From Candidatus Micrarchaeota archaeon (lineage in GTDB: Archaea > Micrarchaeota > Micrarchaeia > Anstonellales > Anstonellaceae): 24,598 nt of DNA. The notes beneath the pieces were generated by a model. That model searched no databases and had not been told where the DNA came from. It saw nothing but the letters and a program-made list of their open reading frames with translations. Both the position numbers and the translations under genes were made by a program. Positions 1 through 7,438 of this stretch are shown here, one piece after another. Each line of letters opens with the position of its first letter. Position 1 is the stretch's first letter. Where the stretch lies: positions 1-24,598 of the forward strand of contig JAHFEN010000001.1 in assembly GCA_023248455.1 (NCBI GenBank), written 5' to 3'.

Positions 1-368
1 ATATTCAAATAGACTAGGAAAATCCCGGTTTTGTAGTCCTGCGGTACAGAGAACGGCACTGAAACTGTGGATGTTGCCCCGGCTCCAATGTCCCCTGCAT
101 AGACCGAGGATGACTGGCTTGGCGTTGTGAAAAATACTGTCACGCTGTCCGCGGTGTCAGAACCGGCATTCTGCAGCGTTACCTGGAGCTGGCCGTTTGT
201 GCCTGGATAAATCGTTTGGGGCACAACGGAAGTGCCTGCAAGCTGCAGGGCTGCTGAGCTGGAGCTAGCTCCTGAGCTTGAGCTCGTGCTGCCTGTGGTT
301 GTTGCTGCGTGCGCAATGCCCGCACTCATCACCAGCATTACAAAGACCAATATGGTATTCCGTTCCAT
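1..368 (-). CDS. Secreted COG1361/S-layer-domain-like protein (partial; runs off the left edge)
   Basis: Manual translation from ATG 368: MERNTILVFVMLVMSAGIAHA (signal peptide), a Ser/Thr-rich linker, then Ig/CARDB-like strands (PQTIYPGTNGQLQVTLQNAG...GDIGAGATSTVSVPFSVP). The frame is open to base 1, a GAGGTGA RBS lies upstream, and the gene directly follows an ABC ATPase. Absent from the ORF track because it has no stop. Confidence 0.75.
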   Translation of the reverse strand, partial: MERNTILVFVMLVMSAGIAHAATTTGSTSSSSGASSSSAALQLAGTSVVPQTIYPGTNGQLQVTLQNAGSDTADSVTVFFTTPSQSSSVYAGDIGAGATSTVSVPFSVPQDYKTGIFLVYLN

Positions 369-383
369 TCATCTCACCTCGCT

Positions 384-1115
384 CTACTTTGCCCTAATAT
401 CCCCGAATGAAGCTATAGGCTTTTGCCTGGCGTCCTTTTCGACCATTCCGTCTCTTATGGATATTTTCCTTTCAGCATAGGCCGCGACCAGCGGCTCGTG
501 CGTAACGACTATGACCGTGATAGCCTTTCTTTTCCAAAGGGCGGAAATGAAATTCATAACCTCGAGGCCTGACTTCGAATCCAGGTTGCCCGTTGGCTCG
601 TCTGCCAATATTATGTCCGGATCGGTTGCAAGTGCGCGCGCAATCGCCACCCTCTGCTTTTCGCCACCTGAAAGTTGTGAGGGCATATTTGCCATTTTCG
701 GGGTCAGGCCCACCGCCTGCAGCCTGTCTCTTGCAATTTTTTCTCTTTTCTTCTCATCCTCCTCCCTAATAATTAATGGAAGTTCGACGTTCTTAAAAAC
801 AGTTAGCGTGGGGGCAAGGTTGAATGCCTGAAAAACAAAACCAATTTTTCGGTTCCGCGCCTCAGCAAGCTCGTCGCCGCCCATGTTTGAGACAGGCACT
901 CCGCCCAGGTAGACCTCACCCGAAGTTGGCACATCAAGGCAGCCAAGCATGTGCAAAAGCGTGGATTTCCCACTGCCAGACGGGCCGACTATGGACACGA
1001 ATTCGCCGTGTTTTATTGAAAGGCTTACTTCCCGAAGCGCCTGGAAGGTGGACTTTTCCATGGCATATTCTTTGGTGACCTTTTCCAGCCTTATGACATC
1101 CTTTGCCGTTCCCAT
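384..1115 (-). CDS. ABC transporter ATP-binding protein, LolD/MacB-like family
   Basis: Walker A GPSGSGKST, FVFQAFNL, signature LSGGEKQRVAIARAL, Walker B ILADEPTGNLD and H-loop VTHE. Start moved to ATG 1115 (AGGTG-ATG) rather than 1187. Confidence 0.95.
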   Translation of the reverse strand: MGTAKDVIRLEKVTKEYAMEKSTFQALREVSLSIKHGEFVSIVGPSGSGKSTLLHMLGCLDVPTSGEVYLGGVPVSNMGGDELAEARNRKIGFVFQAFNLAPTLTVFKNVELPLIIREEDEKKREKIARDRLQAVGLTPKMANMPSQLSGGEKQRVAIARALATDPDIILADEPTGNLDSKSGLEVMNFISALWKRKAITVIVVTHEPLVAAYAERKISIRDGMVEKDARQKPIASFGDIRAK

Positions 1116-1157
1116 CACCTGTGATTTTGAAGTACACAGTGATGAGTGGACAATCGG

Positions 1158-1215
1158 CTTATATTGGCTTCCCGACTTTATGCCCAAATTCTACCCAAAT
1201 TATGACGTATTTCTG
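1158..1215 (-). promoter_or_regulatory. TATA-like box preceded by tandem 11-bp direct repeats (array A)
   Basis: The minus strand reads cagaaatacgt-cataatttggg-tagaatttggg-cataaagtcgg-gaagcc-AATATAAG, about 45 nt upstream of the ABC ATPase start. Confidence 0.6.
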
Positions 1216-1248
1216 CCAATGATAAAGCCTCCAATGCAGAATTGCAGC

Positions 1249-1755
1249 TTATTCGCTCGAAAGTTTGGCAAAAATCAGCAAGCCGATTGCAGAAAAGAGC
1301 ATGGGCACGTAGGAAAGCAGGCTTGCCCTTCCGTATGGCCCCAATATTATGTGTATCAACGGAAGGGTAGATAGGGCATACAAGAAGAAGGAAAACAGGA
1401 ATGCAATGAGCCCAAGCGTGAAACTGGAGCGCAGCTTCAGGTAATCCTTAATATGTATGAAAAGAAGGTAGACTATGGCAGCCAAATTCACTAGCGAAAG
1501 CACCAGCCTGATGGTGAAATAATTGGTGATTTCCGCGGGCAAGTCAGCACCGGGCTGCACCGGCCTTACCCTATCAAAGAACCCGTCTCTGCCAGGCTCG
1601 CGCAGCACCGGGTCGAAAGTCGGGAGCAGCCAGGCTGAGAACACGATTATCGCAAGCGCCGCTGCTATGAGCCCCAAGGTGTAGAGCAGCGCAATGCCGA
1701 TATAATTCCGCTTGGAATCTTTCTTTTCATCGTTTGTTTTTTGCTTTCCTGCCAT
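1249..1755 (-). CDS. Multi-pass membrane protein coupled to the wHTH regulator
   Basis: About 4 hydrophobic segments; the C-terminal half contains YLLFIHIKDYLKLRSSFTLGL. The start overlaps the end of the regulator gene, with a GGGTGG RBS before ATG 1755. Confidence 0.8.
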   Translation of the reverse strand: MAGKQKTNDEKKDSKRNYIGIALLYTLGLIAAALAIIVFSAWLLPTFDPVLREPGRDGFFDRVRPVQPGADLPAEITNYFTIRLVLSLVNLAAIVYLLFIHIKDYLKLRSSFTLGLIAFLFSFFLYALSTLPLIHIILGPYGRASLLSYVPMLFSAIGLLIFAKLSSE

Positions 1756-2035
1756 TGTTACCACCCTTTAACTTTGCGGCAAAATCCTTGTCTGCAAGCG
1801 CTATGTCTGAAATGAAATGCACCTGCCCATACCCGTCTCCTGTGCTCTCTAAAACTGAATTTTTTTCAAGCAGTTCCACATGGTGCTCCACTGTCTTATA
1901 ATCCAGCCCGGCAGCAAGCGAAAGCTGGCGCGTGTTCATGGGTTTTTTTGCAAGAATGGAAAGTAGGCTGAGCCTGGTGGGCCCTCCCTTTGTGCCTTCA
2001 AGCAACCAGAAAAGCAGCCGTTTCATCGGGTCCAT
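1727..2035 (-). CDS. ArsR/SmtB-like winged helix-turn-helix transcription regulator (archaeal type)
   Basis: LLFWLLEGTKGGPTRLSLL...KKPMNTRQLSLAAGLDYKTVEHHVELL...GYGQVHFIS fits an HTH plus wing. It has no cysteines, so no arsenic-binding motif. Confidence 0.85.
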   Translation of the reverse strand: MDPMKRLLFWLLEGTKGGPTRLSLLSILAKKPMNTRQLSLAAGLDYKTVEHHVELLEKNSVLESTGDGYGQVHFISDIALADKDFAAKLKGGNNGRKAKNKR

Positions 2036-2112
2036 AAACGCACTGAAGTGGCTTGATGCAGGGAAAGTTTAAATGACTAATCAGATTCCATGCCTGAGTA
2101 TCATGAGTCCGA

Positions 2113-2161
2113 AAAGATTTGGGTATTAGTTGGGTGTTATTTCGGAAAATCTACTTATATG
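2113..2161 (+). promoter_or_regulatory. Tandem 11-bp direct repeats (array B) followed by a TATA-like box
   Basis: aaagatttggg-tattagttggg-tgttatttcgg-aaaatctac-TTATATG, about 43 nt upstream of ATG 2204. Confidence 0.6.
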
Positions 2162-2203
2162 CGGACAGAGAAGGTTTAGCCAGCATCAAAAAGGGGTGGG
2201 AAA

Positions 2204-2668
2204 ATGGAAAAGAAAATATTGGCAGCTGCATCGGCAATCATACTTTTTGTTTTGGCAGGATTGGTGTTTGCGATGCCAGGCTGGCAGAAATGGGGAGAAG
2301 GTGCGCAGAACGGCACATGGCCTGCCCCTCCGTGGCAGAACAAGACCTGGCAAGCTGGCAACTACAGCCAGTTCAATTCCACGCAGGTTCGGGAGTTCAG
2401 GTCGTCAGTGGAATCAGGCGACTTTGCGACTGCAAAGCAGCTTCACAACAAATACGGATTCGGCGGCCCCCTGTTTGGCAGGCTGAATGAGAGCACGTTC
2501 GCGCAATACTCGCAGATATTCCAGCTGAGAAGCCAGCTTCAAAACCTTACAGGCGCGCTCCATCAGGAGCTTGGGCTGACAGGAGCCATGGGCCATCGCG
2601 GGCGTGCTTTCATGGGAGGCTATGGAATGGGGGTTGCCATGGGCATTCGCCACGGCAAGATGCGTTAA
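2204..2668 (+). CDS. Secreted helical glycoprotein with a Gly/Met/His-rich tail
   Basis: Signal peptide MEKKILAAASAIILFVLAGLVFA, six N-x-S/T sequons (NGT, NKT, NYS, NST, NES, NLT), C-terminal GAMGHRGRAFMGGYGMG, and an AAGGGGTGGG RBS. Confidence 0.85.
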   Translation: MEKKILAAASAIILFVLAGLVFAMPGWQKWGEGAQNGTWPAPPWQNKTWQAGNYSQFNSTQVREFRSSVESGDFATAKQLHNKYGFGGPLFGRLNESTFAQYSQIFQLRSQLQNLTGALHQELGLTGAMGHRGRAFMGGYGMGVAMGIRHGKMR

Positions 2669-2786
2669 TGCAAGGAATCACCAAGGATGGAAATAGTGGT
2701 CGCCCCTACGCCCCCTCCCCTCTCCCATTTTTCTCCAAATTTTATGGGCGCCTCACGTCCCCCTATTCTTCCTTTTCCCTCAAACC

Positions 2787-2833
2787 GCCAATTTCTGCCG
2801 ATTTTCAGCCGTTGTCTCAGTGCCCTATATAAA
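2787..2833. promoter_or_regulatory. Third 11-bp repeat array (C) next to a strong TATA box (TATATAAA on +, TTTATATA on -)
   Basis: Minus-strand units tgagacaacgg, ctgaaaatcgg and cagaaattggc. TATA box at 2826-2833 with BRE-like GAAAAAC on its right side. Direction of transcription is unresolved. Confidence 0.45.
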
Positions 2834-2854
2834 GTTTTTCTGGAAATTACGAAA

Positions 2855-2910
2855 GCTCCGCAAGGGGCGTGGGAGGTGGGATGGAGCCTTCGGGTCTACC
2901 ATTCCCCTCT
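2855..2910 (+). ncRNA. Candidate structured small RNA or 5' leader with two tetraloop hairpins
   Basis: GCUCC-GCAA-GGGGC (GNRA loop), followed by a stem of about 16 bp with three bulges capped by C(UUCG)G. No family recognised. Confidence 0.45.
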
Positions 2911-2951
2911 ATTAATAACCCCTAATCTGGATACTGTTTCTAGATGGTGCC

Positions 2952-4538
2952 ATGCTCGCCGACATAGCCAAATCCGCGCCCCATTCGCCAGGTGTGTACC
3001 TATTCAAGGACAAGGCAGGCGCCATTCTCTACATCGGAAAGGCAAAAGACATACGGAAAAGGGTGGCTAACTACTTTTCTCGCGACATTTTGGACAGGAC
3101 TTCGCAAATGGTCTCGAACGCAGCTACTCTGGAGTTCATAGTAACAGACAATGAGTCCGAAGCCCTTTTGCTCGAAAGCGGGCTCATCAAGCAGCATTTC
3201 CCAAAATACAACATTGACTTGAAAGACAATGAAAAATTCACCTACATACTCATTACGGGCGAGCAATTCCCAAGGATGCTGCTGGTGAGGCGCAGCAGGG
3301 GAGGAAAAGTGAGGGTGCACGGCGGATTATACGGCCCTTTCACCTCCGGCTCCGCCCATGTACTTGTTGCTTCTACGCTTCGGAAGATATTCAAGCTGCG
3401 GACCTGCCGTGTGGGGCAGGGAAGGCCATGCCTGCAGTACCACCTGGGCTTCTGCATGGGCCCGTGCGCAGGATTGGTGACGCCGGATGAGTATGACAGG
3501 CAGGTGCAAAAACTCAGAGACGTGCTATCCGGCCGAAAAAAGCTCGAGGAAGTTATGGGTGAAATGGAAAAGGAGATGAAAAAATCCTCAACTGCGCACA
3601 ATTTCGAGCGGGCATTGGTGCTCCGCAATTCCATCCGTTCGCTTTCTTCACTCTTGGAGCGGCAGAAAATCGAATCGGCAGGGGAGGCAAATGAGGATTA
3701 TCTTTCGCTTGTGGCGCAAGGGGGAAGGGTGCATGTCCAGCTTTTCAGGCAAATTGGCGGCGTAATACGCGACAGGAAGAAATTCGAGTTCGAGGCTGTG
3801 GATGGAGATGCGCTCGGTGAATTCCTTCCAAGATTCTATGAAGCAGGCGGCATTCCAAGAAGGATATATGTTGAAAAGGAACCGGAATTGAAAGCTGCAG
3901 TGGAAAAATACCTGGCTGAAAAGCGGGGGGGACCTGTTTCACTGGTTGTTCCTGAGAAAGGGGACAAGAAAAAGCTGCTTGAGCTGCTTCTCAAAAACAT
4001 ACTTCTGGAAATTAGCGGGCACGCAGACCCTGCAATTGTGGAGCTCCAGCACGAACTTGGCATGTCAGCCCTCCCGCGGGTTATCGAGTGCTTTGACATA
4101 TCCAACCTATTCGGAACCAGCATTGTCGGCTCCATGGTGCAGTTCGTGAACGGAAAACCGAACAAAAGCAACTACCGCCGCTTCAAAATCCGCACAGTGG
4201 AGGGGCAGGATGATTTTGCTTCAATGAAGGAAATAGTTTTCAGGAGATATTACAGGATTAAGAGGGAAAATTCGACCCCTCCGGATCTCATATTGGTTGA
4301 CGGTGGGCCAGGCCAGCTTAATGCCGCTCTTTCCGCCCTTTCCGAGCTTCAGCTTTCCATTCCCTGCGTGTCGCTGGCAAAAGAATTCGAGGAAATCAAT
4401 CATCCTGACCTTTCCGAGCCAATCCGCCTGCCACGTTCCTCTCTGGCGCTCAAGGTTCTCCAATACGCGCGCGACGAGGCACACAGGTTCGGCATTGCGT
4501 ATCACAGGCTGTTGAGGAAGAAAAACTCGCTTAACTGA
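2952..4538 (+). CDS. uvrC: Excinuclease ABC subunit C (lacks the C-terminal HhH2 domain)
   Basis: GIY-YIG (GVYLF...LYIGKAKDIRKRV), Cys cluster, FERALVLRN UVR motif, RNase H-like IECFDISN/DLILVDGGPGQ, and RDEAHRF. Confidence 0.97.
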   Translation: MLADIAKSAPHSPGVYLFKDKAGAILYIGKAKDIRKRVANYFSRDILDRTSQMVSNAATLEFIVTDNESEALLLESGLIKQHFPKYNIDLKDNEKFTYILITGEQFPRMLLVRRSRGGKVRVHGGLYGPFTSGSAHVLVASTLRKIFKLRTCRVGQGRPCLQYHLGFCMGPCAGLVTPDEYDRQVQKLRDVLSGRKKLEEVMGEMEKEMKKSSTAHNFERALVLRNSIRSLSSLLERQKIESAGEANEDYLSLVAQGGRVHVQLFRQIGGVIRDRKKFEFEAVDGDALGEFLPRFYEAGGIPRRIYVEKEPELKAAVEKYLAEKRGGPVSLVVPEKGDKKKLLELLLKNILLEISGHADPAIVELQHELGMSALPRVIECFDISNLFGTSIVGSMVQFVNGKPNKSNYRRFKIRTVEGQDDFASMKEIVFRRYYRIKRENSTPPDLILVDGGPGQLNAALSALSELQLSIPCVSLAKEFEEINHPDLSEPIRLPRSSLALKVLQYARDEAHRFGIAYHRLLRKKNSLN

Positions 4539-7350
4539 GCACTCTCTTCAGATACTGCCCTGTATAGCTGTCCTTGTTCCTCATCACGTCCTCTGGCGTG
4601 CCTGTGGCAATTATTTCACCGCCGTTATCCCCGCCCTCGGGTCCCAAGTCAATTAGGTAATCCGCTGATTTCACCACGTCTAGGTTGTGCTCTATAATCA
4701 GCACTGTGTTGCCCTTGTCCACCAGCCTTTGCAGCACTGCGAGAAGTTTCGAGACGTCCGCAAAGTGCAGGCCTGTTGTTGGCTCGTCCAAGATGTAGAA
4801 GGTTGTGCCAGTGTCCCTCTTGGAAAGCTCGGCAGCAAGCTTTATCCTCTGCGCCTCGCCCCCTGAAAGCGTGGTCGCAGGCTGCCCGAGCGAAATATAC
4901 CCCAGCCCTACATCGTTCATGGTCTCAAGCTTGCTCTTTATCGCGGGGATGTTCTGGAAGAAATTCAGCGCCTCCTCCACGCTCATGGAGAGCACGTCGT
5001 GCACGTTCTTGCCCTTATAGCGTATCTGAAGCGTTTCAGAATCGTATCTCTTTCCTTCGCATTCCTCGCACGTTACATAGACATCTGGCAGGAAGTTCAT
5101 CTCAATCTTCTTCACACCGTCGCCCTCGCAAGCCTGGCACCTTCCCTTCTGCACGTTGAATGAGAACTGGCCAGGTTCATAGCCACGCGCCCGCGCCTCT
5201 GGTACTCCTGCGAAAAGCTCGCGAATCGGCGTGAATGCGCCTATGTAAGTGGCTGGGTTGGAGCGTGGCGTCCTGCCTATGGGCGACTGGTCGATCGCTA
5301 TCACGCTGCTCACGTTCTCAGCGCCCTCTAACCTGTCAAATTTACCCGGCTCCTCGCGCGACCCATTGAATCGCTTCATCAGCGCCTTGTAGAGTATTTC
5401 ATTTATGATGGTGGACTTGCCCGAACCTGAAACGCCGGTTATCCCGACAAAAACGCCAAGCGGTATCCTCACGTCTATTTTCTTGAGGTTGTTCTCGCGC
5501 GCCCCCCTGACCGTCATCCAGCTTCCAGGCTTGCGCCTGATGCCTGGTGTGGGTATGAACTGCTCGCCGCGAAGGTATGCGCCTGTAAGCGATTCCTTGT
5601 TTTTTTCTATCTCCTTCGGGGTTCCTGCCGCCATCACCCTGCCGCCATGCACCCCGGCTCCAGGCCCAAGGTCCACCATGAAGTCCGAGCTCCTCATGGT
5701 CTCTTCATCATGCTCCACCACGATTAGCGTGTTTCCCAGGTCGCGCAGCGATTTCAGCGTTGCAATCAGCTTGGCATTGTCCCGCTGGTGCAATCCAATC
5801 GATGGCTCATCAAGCACGTACAGCACCCCTGTCAGGTTTGAGCCAATCTGCGTTGCCAGCCTGATTCTCTGCGCTTCGCCGCCCGAAAGCGTCCCTGATA
5901 TGCGGGATAGCGAAAGATAGCCCACGCCGACGTTCAGCAGGAAATCCAGCCTCGCAAGCACTTCCCGCAGCACAGGCTTTGCAATTGTTTCCTCGCTCTT
6001 GCCCAGTCGAAGCGATGTAAAAAAGCCATAAGCAGAGTCAATGGAAAGGTCAGTGACCTCTATTATGTCCTTGCCATTCACTTTCACCCCAATCACTTCG
6101 GGAATCAGCCGCTTTCCCTTGCAGGACGGGCAGGGAAGCTCGCGCATGAACCTCTCCATCTCCTGGCGCCTGTATTCGGATTGCGTCTGCCTGTGAAGAC
6201 GCTCTAGATTTGGGATGACGCCCTCGAATTTGGAGCTGCCTTCCCAGGATGAGTCGCCGCTTTTGGATTCCAGCCTGTAGCTTATTTTCTCGTCCGAACC
6301 GTAAAGGATCGCCTTCTTCGCCTCTTCGGCAAGCACATTCCACTGCGTGTTCACCGAAAAGCCGAACTTCTCCCCAAGCCCTGCAAGAAGCTGCTGGTAA
6401 TAGCCTCCCATCATGGTATTTTTCCAGGGCAAAACCGCTCCCTCTGCAAGCGTCTTCCTCTTGTCAGGCACTACCAGCTCCTCATCGAATTCAATCTTCA
6501 CACCAAGCCCGTGGCACTCAGGGCAGGCGCCGTAAGGCGAGTTGAATGAGAACATCCTGGGCTGCAGCTCGCCGACCGATATGCCACAGTCAGGGCAGGA
6601 GTTTTTCTGGGAAAAAAGCAGCTCCTTTTTTTCCAGCAGCACTATTACCAGCCCTTCCCCGCCTTCGCGGATTCCGGTTTTCAGCGCTTCGAGGAGCCTC
6701 TGGCGGTTCTGGTTGGTGGCTGTGAACCTGTCCACAATCACCTCGATTGTGTGCTTCTTGTTCCTGTCAAGCCTGGGAATGCGGCTTCCAAGCTCCATGT
6801 GGTTTCCGTTCACGCGCACCTTGGAATACCCCTTTTGCTGAAACTCGTCGAAAAGTTTCTCATAGGTGCCCTTCTTGCCGCGGATTACAGGCGAGATAAC
6901 TTGAACTGCCTTCCCCTCCCCCTGCTGCAATATGGCATTTGCCATCTGGTCAGTGGTCTGCGTGGTGATCCGCTTGCCGCATTTAGGGCAGTGCGGTATG
7001 CCTATTCGCGCATAAAGCAGCCTCAGGTAGTCGTAAATCTCGGTTGCAGTGCCCACAGTGGAGCGGGGATTCTTGCTGGTGGTCTTCTGCTCGATTGAAA
7101 TGGCGGGCGATAGCCCGTCAATCGTGTCAACATCCGGCTTGTTCATCACGCCCAGGAACTGGCGAGCATAGGATGAGAGCGACTCCACGTAGCGCCTCTG
7201 CCCCTCGGCATATATAGTGTTGAACGCAAGCGTGGATTTTCCAGAGCCAGAAATTCCAGTGACAACAGTAAGCTTGTTGCGCGGTATCTCAAGATTGATG
7301 TTCTTAAGGTTGTGCTGCCTTGCGCCCTTTATGACTATTTTGTCCTGCAT
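4531..7350 (-). CDS. uvrA: Excinuclease ABC subunit A
   Basis: [10 protein letters not shown], two Walker A motifs ([18 protein letters not shown]), LSGGEAQRI twice, and zinc fingers. Start taken at ATG 7350 after GGAGAGG. Confidence 0.98.
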   Translation of the reverse strand: MQDKIVIKGARQHNLKNINLEIPRNKLTVVTGISGSGKSTLAFNTIYAEGQRRYVESLSSYARQFLGVMNKPDVDTIDGLSPAISIEQKTTSKNPRSTVGTATEIYDYLRLLYARIGIPHCPKCGKRITTQTTDQMANAILQQGEGKAVQVISPVIRGKKGTYEKLFDEFQQKGYSKVRVNGNHMELGSRIPRLDRNKKHTIEVIVDRFTATNQNRQRLLEALKTGIREGGEGLVIVLLEKKELLFSQKNSCPDCGISVGELQPRMFSFNSPYGACPECHGLGVKIEFDEELVVPDKRKTLAEGAVLPWKNTMMGGYYQQLLAGLGEKFGFSVNTQWNVLAEEAKKAILYGSDEKISYRLESKSGDSSWEGSSKFEGVIPNLERLHRQTQSEYRRQEMERFMRELPCPSCKGKRLIPEVIGVKVNGKDIIEVTDLSIDSAYGFFTSLRLGKSEETIAKPVLREVLARLDFLLNVGVGYLSLSRISGTLSGGEAQRIRLATQIGSNLTGVLYVLDEPSIGLHQRDNAKLIATLKSLRDLGNTLIVVEHDEETMRSSDFMVDLGPGAGVHGGRVMAAGTPKEIEKNKESLTGAYLRGEQFIPTPGIRRKPGSWMTVRGARENNLKKIDVRIPLGVFVGITGVSGSGKSTIINEILYKALMKRFNGSREEPGKFDRLEGAENVSSVIAIDQSPIGRTPRSNPATYIGAFTPIRELFAGVPEARARGYEPGQFSFNVQKGRCQACEGDGVKKIEMNFLPDVYVTCEECEGKRYDSETLQIRYKGKNVHDVLSMSVEEALNFFQNIPAIKSKLETMNDVGLGYISLGQPATTLSGGEAQRIKLAAELSKRDTGTTFYILDEPTTGLHFADVSKLLAVLQRLVDKGNTVLIIEHNLDVVKSADYLIDLGPEGGDNGGEIIATGTPEDVMRNKDSYTGQYLKRVLS

Positions 7351-7438
7351 TTTAAGCCTCTCCAAATGCCTAGTGGTCGCCTAGTTATGCCGAAGAAGCT
7401 TTATATCCTGAGCTACACTACAATTCCAGTGCAGGGTG

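Noticed and set aside
255-305. Repetitive GAGCT-rich stretch
   Set aside because: Explained by the Ser/Thr/Gly low-complexity linker encoded on the minus strand.
1172-1215. CRISPR-like repeats
   Set aside because: The units are 11 bp, contiguous and degenerate with no spacers, and there are no cas genes. Treated as operators instead.
2694-2800. Possible tRNA on the minus strand ending in GGCGACCA
   Set aside because: No cloverleaf, no T-arm (TTCGA) and no D-arm; the upstream sequence is purine-rich and unpaired.
2820-2880. ORB-like origin element (TTTCCAG...GGG, G-strings)
   Set aside because: Only a partial match, with no repeated inverted ORBs, no AT-rich unwinding element and no cdc6/orc1 in the window.
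2687-3070. 127-aa ORF spanning the intergenic region before uvrC
   Set aside because: It overlaps the uvrC start out of frame, is Pro-rich and low in information, and crosses promoter-like and hairpin elements.
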